Assembly: GCA_965226375.1 (NCBI GenBank)
Contig: CBDDCX010000006.1
Span: 110,393-142,392, forward strand
DNA from: Longimicrobiales bacterium
GTDB lineage: Bacteria > Gemmatimonadota > Gemmatimonadetes > Longimicrobiales > Gaopeijiaceae
Length of the DNA: 32,000 nucleotides
Reading direction: 5' to 3'
Positions within the stretch are counted from its first letter, which is position 1. Each line of letters starts with the position of its first letter. A program made the translations under genes and the position numbers. Shown in pieces: positions 7,433-15,670 of the stretch. Below the pieces are notes generated by a model. The model did not search any database. It saw only the letters and a list, made by a program, of their open reading frames with translations, and had not been told where the DNA came from.

Positions 7433-8008
7433 ATGAAGCGCTCCTCCAAGCTGGGTCTGACCGCCGTTATCACCGCAGGGCTCGTAGCCTGTGGCGGTGC
7501 CGATTCCCCGGACGCCGCTCCCGCCGCTTCGGAGCCGGCAGCGGCACCGGCGGCCGAAGGCGCCGTCGAGGGTGGGATACCGGACTGGTACCATATCGAC
7601 ACGGACGCCAAGACGGTCGAACTCCACGTGACCGCACAGATGGACGGCGGGTGGAAGTTCAACGGCATGGCGAACGGCAAGGGTACGATCACCGTGCCGC
7701 TGGGCTACGAGATCACGGTAGAGTTCACCAACGACGACTCGGCCATGGCGCACAGCCTCGGAATCGACGCGCAGGTGGGGGGCTACGGCGCCATGTTCGA
7801 GGATCCTCAGCCGGCCTTCAGCGGAGCGATCACCGCCGATCCCACGTCCATGACGGAGGCCACCCTGCCGGGCGAAACGGAGTCCTTCAGGTTCACTGCC
7901 GATGTGGCCGGGGAGTACGCGCTGGTGTGCTACATCCCCGCGCACGCCGTCACCGGCATGTGGGTCCGATTCAACGTGTCGGAGGGTGAGCCGGGCGTGA
8001 GCATGTAA
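7433..8008 (+). CDS. Cupredoxin-domain blue copper lipoprotein (sulfocyanin-like)
   Basis: Start at MKRSSKLGLTAVITAGLVAC (lipobox LVAC, Cys20). The track ORF from 7208 would read through the terminator and is rejected. Type-1 Cu ligand pattern: AMAHSLG ... LVCYIPAHAVTGMW (C-x4-H-x4-M). Confidence 0.75.
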   Translation: MKRSSKLGLTAVITAGLVACGGADSPDAAPAASEPAAAPAAEGAVEGGIPDWYHIDTDAKTVELHVTAQMDGGWKFNGMANGKGTITVPLGYEITVEFTNDDSAMAHSLGIDAQVGGYGAMFEDPQPAFSGAITADPTSMTEATLPGETESFRFTADVAGEYALVCYIPAHAVTGMWVRFNVSEGEPGVSM

Positions 8009-8041
8009 CACCCGTCGGGGAGCCCATCGGGTAGCCCAGAG

Positions 8042-8824
8042 TTAGACGTCCCCGCCGCTATCTGCCGCCGCCTCCTGCGTTTCCGAGGGGTGCAGGGGGG
8101 CCGCATGCGGCCCCGCCTTGTCTTGCGGGTGTGCACGCAGGTTGAGGAACTCCACGAAGACCGAGAACCCCATGGCAAAGTAGATGTAGCCTTTCGGGAT
8201 ATGGAAGCCCACTCCGTCCGCCACCAGACTCATTCCGATCAGCAGAAGGAAGCTGAGGGCGAGCATCTTCACGGTGGGATGATCCGAGACGAAGTTGCCC
8301 ACAGGTTCGGCCGAGATCATCATGACCCCCACGGCCAGGATGACCGCTGTCACCATTACGGCCAGGTCGTCCGCCATACCGACCGCCGTGATCACCGAGT
8401 CCAGCGAGAAGATCATGTCCAGCAGGGCGATCTGAATCAGCACCCCCGTAAAGGTCACCACGTTACCGCCTGACCCGACCCCGTCTCCGTTCCCCTCCAT
8501 CTTGTGATGGATTTCACGGGTGGATTTGGTCAGGAGGAAGAGTCCCCCCACGATGAGAATGATGTCCCTGCCCGACACTTCGTTCTGGACCACTGTAAAC
8601 AGCGGTGCCGTGAGCCGCATGATCCAGGTGATGGAGAACAGCAGCAGGATGCGCGTGCCCATCGCGAGCGCCAGGCCTAGCTGGCGGGCTTTGGGCCGTT
8701 CCTCCGCGGGGAGTCGGTCGGCCAGGACCGATATGAAGACGATGTTGTCGATCCCGAGGACAATCTCGAGAATCGTGAGCGTGGCCAGGGCGACCCACGC
8801 TTCGGGGCTGGTCAGTAAATCCAT
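8042..8824 (-). CDS. TerC family integral membrane protein
   Basis: 260 aa. Contains both characteristic TerC repeats: LEIVLGIDNIVFISVLADRLP and LLDMIFSLDSVITAVGMADD. Confidence 0.9.
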   Translation of the reverse strand: MDLLTSPEAWVALATLTILEIVLGIDNIVFISVLADRLPAEERPKARQLGLALAMGTRILLLFSITWIMRLTAPLFTVVQNEVSGRDIILIVGGLFLLTKSTREIHHKMEGNGDGVGSGGNVVTFTGVLIQIALLDMIFSLDSVITAVGMADDLAVMVTAVILAVGVMMISAEPVGNFVSDHPTVKMLALSFLLLIGMSLVADGVGFHIPKGYIYFAMGFSVFVEFLNLRAHPQDKAGPHAAPLHPSETQEAAADSGGDV

Positions 8825-8937
8825 TCAGATAATGTGGAGCCGAACGGAGACTCAACAAAGAGGTGAGTCCGGGAACCGGTGGACCCGCCGGGGCTCCTTG
8901 CCTACCATGGACTCGTGACTACACACGTGTGGCGATC

Positions 8938-9294
8938 ATGAGCGCCGGATACTCCGGCACCCCACTGGCCAAGAGGCTCGGGATAAAGGCGGGGCACCAC
9001 GTGGGTACGTTCGACGCTCCGCCCCACTTTCCCGCCCTCCTCGATCCACTGCCCGACGATGTGGACATGAAGAGGGAGCCACCACCCGAGATCGAGCTCG
9101 ACGTGGCCGTCTTCTTCGTTAGCGACGAAGGGGCTGCGGCAAGACCACCCTGCTGTCGATTCTGGGGTTGCTCGATTCCCCCACGAGCGGTGACTACCTG
9201 CTCGACGGCGAGCCGGCGGCGAACCTCACGGCTTCGCAGCGGGCCAAGATCCGCAACCAGGCCATCGGGTTCATCTTCCAGGCGTTCAACCTGA
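8938..9294 (+). pseudogene. Chimeric ORF: 5' part of a DUF3052-like gene (tentative family call) running out of frame into the ABC ATPase gene
   Basis: MSAGYSGTPLAKRLGIKAGHHVGTFDAPPHFPALLDPLPDDVDMKREPPPEIELDVAVFFVSDE is protein-like. From about 9126 the frame reads Arg/Pro/Ser-rich nonsense (GAAARPPCCRFWGCSIPPRAV...), which is the +1 reading of the ATPase gene. Confidence 0.55.
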
Positions 9295-9806
9295 TCGGTG
9301 ACCTCACGGTATTCGAGAACGTCGAGCTCCCGCTCACATATCGCGGAATGGGTGGGGCCGAGCGCAAGGAGCGCGTGCACGCGTCTCTGGAGCGTGTGGG
9401 CATGGCTCACCGCATGACCCACTATCCCAGCCAGCTCTCCGGTGGTCAGCAGCAGCGGGTGGCGGTGGCCCGTGCCATCGTGGGCAAGCCCCTCATCCTG
9501 CTGGCAGACGAGCCCACGGGTAACCTGGACTCGAAGAACGGCAACGCGGTCATGGACCTGATGCACGAGCTCCATGATGAGGGAGCCACAATCTGCATGG
9601 TCACGCACGACCCGCGTTACTCTGCGGTTGCGGAACGCTCCGTGCATCTCTTCGACGGCCTGGTCGTCGACGAAGAGGACGCCAAGCGTGAGGAGCATGC
9701 GCATGAACTCGAGGAATCCGGCTTCGACGTGCGTACCGCGGACTGGATCCGCGTACCGCGGACTGGATCCGCGTACCGCGGCCTGGATCCGCGGATTTCG
9801 CGCTGA
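9123..9806 (+). pseudogene. MacB/LolD/FtsE-type ABC transporter ATP-binding protein, 5'-truncated inside the Walker A motif
   Basis: The frame opens directly after TAG (9120-9122) as RRRGCGKTTLLSILGLLDSPTSGDYLLDG... About 40 N-terminal residues and the first Gly of the P-loop are missing, and no start codon precedes the GK(T). The remainder is intact: Q-loop FQAFNL, signature LSGGQQQRVAVARA, Walker B ILLADEPTGNLD, H-loop MVTHD. Confidence 0.8.
9731..9794. repeat. Tandem repeat, 3 full copies plus 4 bases of a fourth, of a 20-bp unit GCGTACCGCGGACTGGATCC
   Basis: Units at 9731-9750, 9751-9770 and 9771-9790 (one A>C change), plus partial GCGG. Each unit can form a CGCGGA-ctgga-TCCGCG hairpin. 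It forms the last ~20 codons of the ATPase ORF. Confidence 0.95.
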
Positions 9807-9826
9807 GCTGACTTGCCGGGACCCTG

Positions 9827-9853
9827 GGGGGGTGACTTTGGTCACCCCCCTTT
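9827..9853 (+). terminator. GC-rich hairpin between convergent genes (possible terminator)
   Basis: GGGGGGTGAC (9827-9836), TTTG loop, GTCACCCCCC (9841-9850), then only TTT. Confidence 0.4.
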
Positions 9854-9934
9854 CAGTTCAGCCAGCTCCTCCCGTGCCGGGTCGCCATGAGTGCCACCCA
9901 GCGCTCGAACGTCTCGATGGCTGACACCTCCTCA

Positions 9935-11266
9935 TCAGTCACACGCGACCTCGAACCCCTGCTCCGCCCACGCGGTGGTTCCGCCATTGATGCTGCGGAC
10001 ATTCCGGTAGCCCAATGAAGCCAGGAACAGGGCGCCGGACAGAGATCGTACGCCCGTGGCACAGACCACGAGCATCGGGGCCTCGCGATCCTCGGGCAGG
10101 AAGTCGACGTATCGAGTCATCTCCTGCAGGGGCATGAGGAGCCCACCGGGAATACGTATGGCCGCGTATTCATCGGGCTCGCGCACGTCGACCACCACAA
10201 CATTGGCGGCCTCGATGAGATCGTGGGCGGGCCCGACCTCGATAGTGAGGCCTGGTGTGCTCTTCGCGTTCTCAACGAGCCGATCCATCATGTGCTCACG
10301 TGGGCTGGGCGCCGCGGTCGAGCCCAGTTCTGGGAGGTACTTGGGCACGGACGAAGCGTACTTGAAGGCACTGTCCGGGAACAACACCACGGCGAGCCCC
10401 CCCGGCTCGTCCGGCACCAAGTCGAAGGCGCCCGCGAGCGCCATGCCGGAGCTCGGGCCGGCTATGATGCTCTCCTCACGGTTGAGTCGGAGGCAGAGGT
10501 CGAAGGCCGCCTGGTTGGTCACCTCGGCCAGCGTGTCATACTCGTCGGGCCGGAAGAGCTCGGTCTGCTGGAGCTGCCGAAGACTCCGCACCCCCGGAAT
10601 GTCGTGTCCCTCTTCCGGGTGCACACCATGAACCATGATGGCCGGGTTCTGCTCCTTCAGGAACCGTCCCGTCCCCGTAATCGTCCCGCAGGTGCCCAGG
10701 CCGGCCACGAAGTGCGTTACTCCGCCGTCCGTCTGGAGCCAGATCTCGGGGCCTGTGGTCTTGTAGTGCGCGTCGGGATTGGCTTCGTTTCGATATTGAT
10801 TGAGCATGTAGAAATCGGGGGCCTCGGCCAGGTCGTTGGCTCTGGCGATCGCTCCCTCAGGAGCGCCAGGAGCTGGGCAAAGGGTATCCTCGAGCTCGAT
10901 GACGTCTGCGCCGAAGAACCGCAGCATCGTACGCTTCTCGAGTGGGATCGCCGATGACAACGGGGTCGTGAGCGAATACCCCCTCGCATTGGACATCATG
11001 GCCAGGCCCATGCCGGTGTTCCCCGACGTGGGCTCGACCAGTTGCTGCTCCGGGCGCAGCACTCCCCGTTCTTCGGCATCGGCGATCATGTTGGCGGCGA
11101 TACGATCCTTGACCGCGCCGAACGGGTTGTACCACTCGAGCTTTGCGTACACCCGTGTGTGTTCGAACGGAACCACTCGATTGAGCCGCACGAGCGGTGT
11201 GGGATTCTCGGCGTCGCAAAGGAGGCCGAGTACCGAGTCATATACGCGTCGTCGGTGATCTCGCAT
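9935..11266 (-). CDS. PLP-dependent cysteine synthase (CysK/CysM family) fused to a C-terminal rhodanese domain
   Basis: Start chosen at MRDHRRRVYDS (GGAG 9 nt upstream). PLP-lysine motif NPFGAVKDR, plus TSGNTG and GLGTCGTITG loops. The C-terminal ~100 aa is rhodanese with an active-site loop VVCATGVRS (C-x2-G-x-R-S). Confidence 0.85.
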   Translation of the reverse strand: MRDHRRRVYDSVLGLLCDAENPTPLVRLNRVVPFEHTRVYAKLEWYNPFGAVKDRIAANMIADAEERGVLRPEQQLVEPTSGNTGMGLAMMSNARGYSLTTPLSSAIPLEKRTMLRFFGADVIELEDTLCPAPGAPEGAIARANDLAEAPDFYMLNQYRNEANPDAHYKTTGPEIWLQTDGGVTHFVAGLGTCGTITGTGRFLKEQNPAIMVHGVHPEEGHDIPGVRSLRQLQQTELFRPDEYDTLAEVTNQAAFDLCLRLNREESIIAGPSSGMALAGAFDLVPDEPGGLAVVLFPDSAFKYASSVPKYLPELGSTAAPSPREHMMDRLVENAKSTPGLTIEVGPAHDLIEAANVVVVDVREPDEYAAIRIPGGLLMPLQEMTRYVDFLPEDREAPMLVVCATGVRSLSGALFLASLGYRNVRSINGGTTAWAEQGFEVACD

Positions 11267-11386
11267 GAGCCGTTCTCCGTAATGTCGATGGTGAGATCCG
11301 CCGGACCTCGGTTCCCCGATTCGCACCCTCCTTTCCTAGTTCTCCGGAGGCCGGCCGGGGTTCCCGCCGAGAGGGTCAGTCTGGCT

Positions 11387-11743
11387 CTAGTCAGCCGTCC
11401 CTTCGCGGGCCAAGAGCTTGTCTGTCTTGGCGGCCATGATGAAGTCGTTCCGGTGCAGGCCCCGGATCTTGTGGGTCCACCAGGTCACCCTGACGTTGCC
11501 CCATTCGGTCACAAGGGCCGGATGATGAGCGTCTTCTTCGGCCAGAGCACCGACGCCGTTCGTGAACCGCAGCGCGTCAGCGAAATTCCGGAACTCGAAA
11601 TCCCGTTCCAGACGCGGGATCCCATCCCGCTCGATGAGCGCCCACTCCGGCACCTGGGCATGCAGCTCACGGCTTTCCTCAGCCGTGACGGTGGGGGCCC
11701 CTCGCTGACAGGCCTCACAAGTCATTTTCACTAGCGGGTCCAT
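11387..11743 (-). CDS. 4a-hydroxytetrahydrobiopterin (pterin-4-alpha-carbinolamine) dehydratase
   Basis: 118 aa from [13 protein letters not shown] (GGGAGG SD upstream). PCD motifs: [61 protein letters not shown]. Confidence 0.85.
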   Translation of the reverse strand: MDPLVKMTCEACQRGAPTVTAEESRELHAQVPEWALIERDGIPRLERDFEFRNFADALRFTNGVGALAEEDAHHPALVTEWGNVRVTWWTHKIRGLHRNDFIMAAKTDKLLAREGTAD

Positions 11744-12031
11744 CGGTGACGACCTCCCTGGCTCGGGCGGATAGCGGACGATTCGAAGCACTCGCAATGG
11801 GCCTCGCCGGTGACGTGGTAGGCGTTCCAAGTCCCCTTGGGGCCAAAAGCCAAGGTATGGCGTGTAGTGATGGACTGGCCAGGTGGAGAGAGGGCCTTGG
11901 GTAGGAGCCAGCCGCTGATGAGACCTAGCACGCGGTTGCTGCTGTCGGGGTCGGCTTGCGTAGCGCCATTGCGGCTCGCATGGTTGCCCCGCGGCAGAAA
12001 CGCAGTGTTAGACGACGGCTCGCATCCTCAT

Positions 12032-12511
12032 ATGGATCAACCGTTTCAGATGAAACTCAGCCAAATCCACAACCGCAGTTTGGCTATCCTCATCGCTCGA
12101 GTCATTCTCGGCCTGATTTTCTTCATGGCTGGGCAGTGGAAGTTGTTCTCGCTTGGCCCCCTAGGACATGCTCGCCGCTGGTTCGTCGGGCCCTACGCGG
12201 AGACGTTCTTGCCGATGTGGTCTCTGTGGGCGACGGGGACCGTTGTTCCCTTCGTGGAATTCGTGGCGGGTGCCTTGCTCTTGGTTGGACTATGGACGCG
12301 TCCAGCACTCGCCGCGCTCGGCGGTGTCTTGATTATCGTGACGTTCGGCCACCTGCTCGCCGACACGTTGTATGCGTTTCATACGCACGTGATTCCCCGG
12401 ACGGCGCTCCTACTCTTTGTGTTGGCCATGCCGGCCTCAGAGGACCGTTTGTCCATGGATTACTGGCTCGCTCGTCGAGCAGCGGACCGGTCAACCAGGG
12501 ATCCTCGCTAG
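12032..12511 (+). CDS. DoxX-like membrane protein (second paralog)
   Basis: Start at MDQPFQMKLSQ (alternative ATG at 12050). Four hydrophobic helices: LAILIARVILGLIFFMAGQWKLF..., VVPFVEFVAGALLLVGLWTR. Confidence 0.7.
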   Translation: MDQPFQMKLSQIHNRSLAILIARVILGLIFFMAGQWKLFSLGPLGHARRWFVGPYAETFLPMWSLWATGTVVPFVEFVAGALLLVGLWTRPALAALGGVLIIVTFGHLLADTLYAFHTHVIPRTALLLFVLAMPASEDRLSMDYWLARRAADRSTRDPR

Positions 12512-12540
12512 CGCGCGATGGGTGAGGGGCTTGCCCGATC

Positions 12541-12574
12541 TATAGGGAATCGCTATATAGGGTGACACCCTATA
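12541..12574 (+). promoter_or_regulatory. Candidate PadR operator: 19-bp perfect palindrome plus an extra upstream half-site
   Basis: TATAGGGTG-a-CACCCTATA (12556-12574, 9-bp arms) lies 20 nt upstream of the padR ATG. A third TATAGGG half-site sits at 12541-12547. TATAGT (12571-12576) is a possible -10. Confidence 0.5.
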
Positions 12575-12593
12575 GTGACTGGCCCCATAAAAT

Positions 12594-12938
12594 ATGGCAC
12601 AGAATCCAGAGCAGTTCATCCCGCTCACGCACGTGGCCTACCACGTGCTGCTCGCCCTCTCCGACCAGTCCAGGCACGGCTACGGCATCATCAAGCACGT
12701 GGAAGAGAGGACGAACGGTCGCTTGGAGTTGGAGGCAGGCACACTGTACGCCGCGATCAAGAGGCTGCGCGACGACGCGTTGATCTCCGACGCGAAGGCG
12801 CCTTCCGGAACCGACTCTCGGCGCCGCTACTACGGGCTGACTCCGTTCGGGCGGCGCGTCCTGGAGGCCGAGTCGCTCCGACTCGTCGAGCTCGTGGCGC
12901 TCGCACGCGATGCTCAGCTGATCCCCCCGGGCGTGTAG
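12594..12938 (+). CDS. PadR family transcriptional regulator (cassette 1, class A)
   Basis: 114 aa. HVLLALSDQSRHGYGIIKHVEERTNGRLELEAGTLYAAIKRLRDDALI...RRRYYGLTPFGRRVLEAE is a canonical PadR wHTH. Confidence 0.9.
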   Translation: MAQNPEQFIPLTHVAYHVLLALSDQSRHGYGIIKHVEERTNGRLELEAGTLYAAIKRLRDDALISDAKAPSGTDSRRRYYGLTPFGRRVLEAESLRLVELVALARDAQLIPPGV

Positions 12939-12945
12939 GCTACCG

Positions 12946-15639
12946 GTGTCACCGAAGAGCTACCGTCGACTGTTCTTTCTCCTGCCCTCGCGGTTCAGGG
13001 ACGAGTACGGTTCGGAGTTGGAGGAAGTGGTCGAGGATCGTTGGAACGTGGTCCGAGAGCGAGGCGGGGTCGCCGTGAGGATCCGATTCTGGGTAAGGGA
13101 AACTGTGGCGCTCACGCTGCTCGCGACCCGGTTGCGAGTGGGGCTGGAGCCGGCTTCGGCCGAGCGCACGACTACACGCATGAAGACGATGATGAGGAGG
13201 TGGGAGGTGAACGGTTTGGGACAGGACCTCGGACAAGCGGTCCGATCGCTACTCAAGGAACCGGGTTTCACTCTCGTGACGGTGCTTACACTCGGGCTCG
13301 GCGTCGGTGCCTCGACGGCGATCTTCAGCGCGGTCCACGCCGTGCTCTTCCGTGATCTGGCGTACGCCGACGCAGACCGGATCGTAGCCGTGTTTCATGC
13401 GGATACCGAAACGCGAGAGCTCTCAGTCGGCGCGTCGGCCACGAACATCAGGGACGTGGCCGAGTCGAGTAACCGACTCTCCGGGGCTGCCATAGCGGAG
13501 CCCTGGAGCCTCGACCTCTTCCTGGACGACCGCACCGAGTCGCTTCGCACATGGGCCGTGTCCACAGGGTTCTTCGAGATCCTCGGCGCGGCGCCCGCGC
13601 TCGGTCGCGCTTTCCGTCCCGACGAATACGTGGAAGGGAACGACAAGGTGGTCCTGCTGGGGCATCGCAGTTGGACGCAGCGCTTCGGCGCCGACCCTGC
13701 GATCGTGGGCCGGACCGTAACACTCGACAACGAGCCCTACACGGTCGTGGGTGTCCTTACCCGGGACTTCAAGTACCCCAACCAGGCAGCGGCATGGATT
13801 CCTCGGGCCCCTAATTCGCGGGACGACGGCTCCCGGGCCGCGGACTACATGTACGGTATCGGGCGACTCGCCGACGGAGCGACGATGTCGGACGCGCAGG
13901 CCGAAATGGATCGCCTGGCGCGCTCGCTCGAGGAAGCCTTTCCGGAGACGAACACCAACATCGGTATACAGTTGGTCCCGTTCCGGGAGCACCTCTTCGG
14001 AGACGTGCGTACACCGCTTTATGTGTTGTTGTCGGCGGTCGGGTTCGTGCTACTCATCGCATGCGCGAACGTTACGGGCCTGATGCTCGCTCGAGGAGCA
14101 AAGCGGGAGCGCGAGTACGCGCTCCGGAGCGCTCTTGGGGCCGGGCGAGCCCGCTTGGCCGGATATGTTGCGACCGAGAGCCTGCTCTTGGCAGCTGTCG
14201 GATGCGCGCTGGGCGTCGGGCTCACCTTCCTGGGGGTGCGTGTGATCCAGAGTCTCGGACCGGATCATCTGCCGCGCATCGACGAGCTTCGTGTCGATGG
14301 CACGGTCCTGACGTTCGCCCTGATCGTGGCGGGACTCAGCGCGTTTCTCTCCGGGTTGGCACCGGCCTTCAGACTCTCTCGCCCCGATTTGCGAGGTGCG
14401 CTGTCGGACGCCACTCGGGGCAGCACGGGCGGACGGAAGGCCAATCGACTGAGGAACCGGCTCGTCGTGGCCGAGGTTGCAGCCGCCCTGGTCCTGCTCA
14501 TCGGGGCCGGGCTCCTCACCAGGAGCTTCTCGATTCTGGTGAACGAGGAATTGGGCTTCGACCCGACGGACCGAGTCGCTATTCAGGTCTTCGCGTACGG
14601 GTATCCGGGTGAGGAGCTGATTCAGTTCGTGAACCAGACGATCGAGAACATGAACGCGATTCCCGGAGTGAGGGACGTGGCGATCACGTCGAACGTGCCC
14701 GGCGCGACGGACGGCGCGATCGCCTCGATCGACATCGACTTGCCTATGCGGATCGATGGGGTGGCTCCGCTGCCGACTGGTCAGGAGCCGGTCACCTGGA
14801 TTTCGCAGGTGTCGAAGAGCTATTTCAACGTGATGGGGATGCCGATGGTCGCGGGTCGCGGCTTCGATGACGGCGACCGTTCCGAGGCTCCGCCGGTCGT
14901 GATCGTCAATGAGGCCCTGGTCCGGCGCCATCTGGGCTATCGGGACGCGGTAGGACAGCGCATCGGCCTGCCTTGGGGCCCCGAGGCGGACCAGTGGAAG
15001 TGGCGTGAGATCGTGGGTGTCGTGAAGGACGTCCGTCCGCTGGGCTTCGAGTCGGAGCCGCGGCCCGAGGTCTTCTTCCCGATCACCCAGGCGGGCACAG
15101 GCAGCTTGACCTTCGTGCTCGCTTCCGATACGGACGCGGGCCCCATCGTGACCCAGGCGGCCGAGGCGGTCTGGCAGGCGAATCCGGCACAGGCCGTTTA
15201 TGGAGCTGCCACACTCGAGGCGCTACTGGCCGATTGGCTGCAGGAACGACAATTCAATGTGGTGCTCTTGTCGTCGTTCGCGCTGATCGCGCTGATGCTC
15301 TCGGCGGTGGGGATATACGGACTCGTCAGCTTTTCGATGGCACAGCGCGTCGGGGAGCTCGGAATCCGTAGGGCGCTCGGCGGCCAGACCCCCGACGTGC
15401 TCGGCATGGTGCTCCGGGAAGGAGCGAGGCTGGCCGGGGCAGGCGTGGTGCTGGGAGTCGTGGGCGCCTTGGTCCTCACCCGCTTCCTCGGCGGCATGCT
15501 TTGCGGCGTGGAGCCCACCGACTGGCCGACCTTCGGGCTGCTTGCTCTGGCGGTGCTCATGGTGTCGTCGTTGGCCACGCTCGTGCCGGCGATTCGCGCT
15601 ACGCGTGTGGATCCGATGGAGGCCCTCAGAGAGGGTTAG
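12946..15639 (+). CDS. Duplicated MacB/FtsX-type permease with N-terminal cytoplasmic prefix (ADOP-type orphan permease), cassette 1
   Basis: 897 aa, GTG start 7 nt after the padR stop. Prefix YRRLFFLLPSRFRDEYGSELEEVV. Then two units of TM + large periplasmic domain + 3 TM (IACANVTGLMLARGAKREREYALRSALGAGRARL; second unit MAQRVGELGIRRALGG), and the tail IRATRVDPMEALREG. Confidence 0.9.
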   Translation: MSPKSYRRLFFLLPSRFRDEYGSELEEVVEDRWNVVRERGGVAVRIRFWVRETVALTLLATRLRVGLEPASAERTTTRMKTMMRRWEVNGLGQDLGQAVRSLLKEPGFTLVTVLTLGLGVGASTAIFSAVHAVLFRDLAYADADRIVAVFHADTETRELSVGASATNIRDVAESSNRLSGAAIAEPWSLDLFLDDRTESLRTWAVSTGFFEILGAAPALGRAFRPDEYVEGNDKVVLLGHRSWTQRFGADPAIVGRTVTLDNEPYTVVGVLTRDFKYPNQAAAWIPRAPNSRDDGSRAADYMYGIGRLADGATMSDAQAEMDRLARSLEEAFPETNTNIGIQLVPFREHLFGDVRTPLYVLLSAVGFVLLIACANVTGLMLARGAKREREYALRSALGAGRARLAGYVATESLLLAAVGCALGVGLTFLGVRVIQSLGPDHLPRIDELRVDGTVLTFALIVAGLSAFLSGLAPAFRLSRPDLRGALSDATRGSTGGRKANRLRNRLVVAEVAAALVLLIGAGLLTRSFSILVNEELGFDPTDRVAIQVFAYGYPGEELIQFVNQTIENMNAIPGVRDVAITSNVPGATDGAIASIDIDLPMRIDGVAPLPTGQEPVTWISQVSKSYFNVMGMPMVAGRGFDDGDRSEAPPVVIVNEALVRRHLGYRDAVGQRIGLPWGPEADQWKWREIVGVVKDVRPLGFESEPRPEVFFPITQAGTGSLTFVLASDTDAGPIVTQAAEAVWQANPAQAVYGAATLEALLADWLQERQFNVVLLSSFALIALMLSAVGIYGLVSFSMAQRVGELGIRRALGGQTPDVLGMVLREGARLAGAGVVLGVVGALVLTRFLGGMLCGVEPTDWPTFGLLALAVLMVSSLATLVPAIRATRVDPMEALREG

Positions 15640-15670
15640 CGGTCCCGCGTCGGCTTTCGTGGCGGACGTC

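Noticed and set aside
8825-8937. Possible yybP-ykoY (Mn2+) riboswitch or pH-responsive leader upstream of the TerC-family gene
   Set aside because: TerC genes are often riboswitch-controlled and the leader contains CTTTGTTGA. However, I could not find the conserved GGGGAGUAG element or the paired four-way architecture. The 113-bp divergent spacer is too short for a promoter plus aptamer plus expression platform. A covariance-model scan (Rfam yybP-ykoY) would settle it.
9731-9794. Tandem 20-bp repeat considered as a mini CRISPR array
   Set aside because: The units are directly adjacent with no spacers. The repeat is shorter than CRISPR repeats and no cas genes are present.
8919-9845. 308-aa minus-strand ORF, the longest ORF in this interval
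   Set aside because: It is exactly antisense to the ABC ATPase reading frame, whose motifs (LSGGQ, Walker B, H-loop) are unmistakable. Its own translation has no domain-like sequence. It is a typical high-GC shadow ORF.
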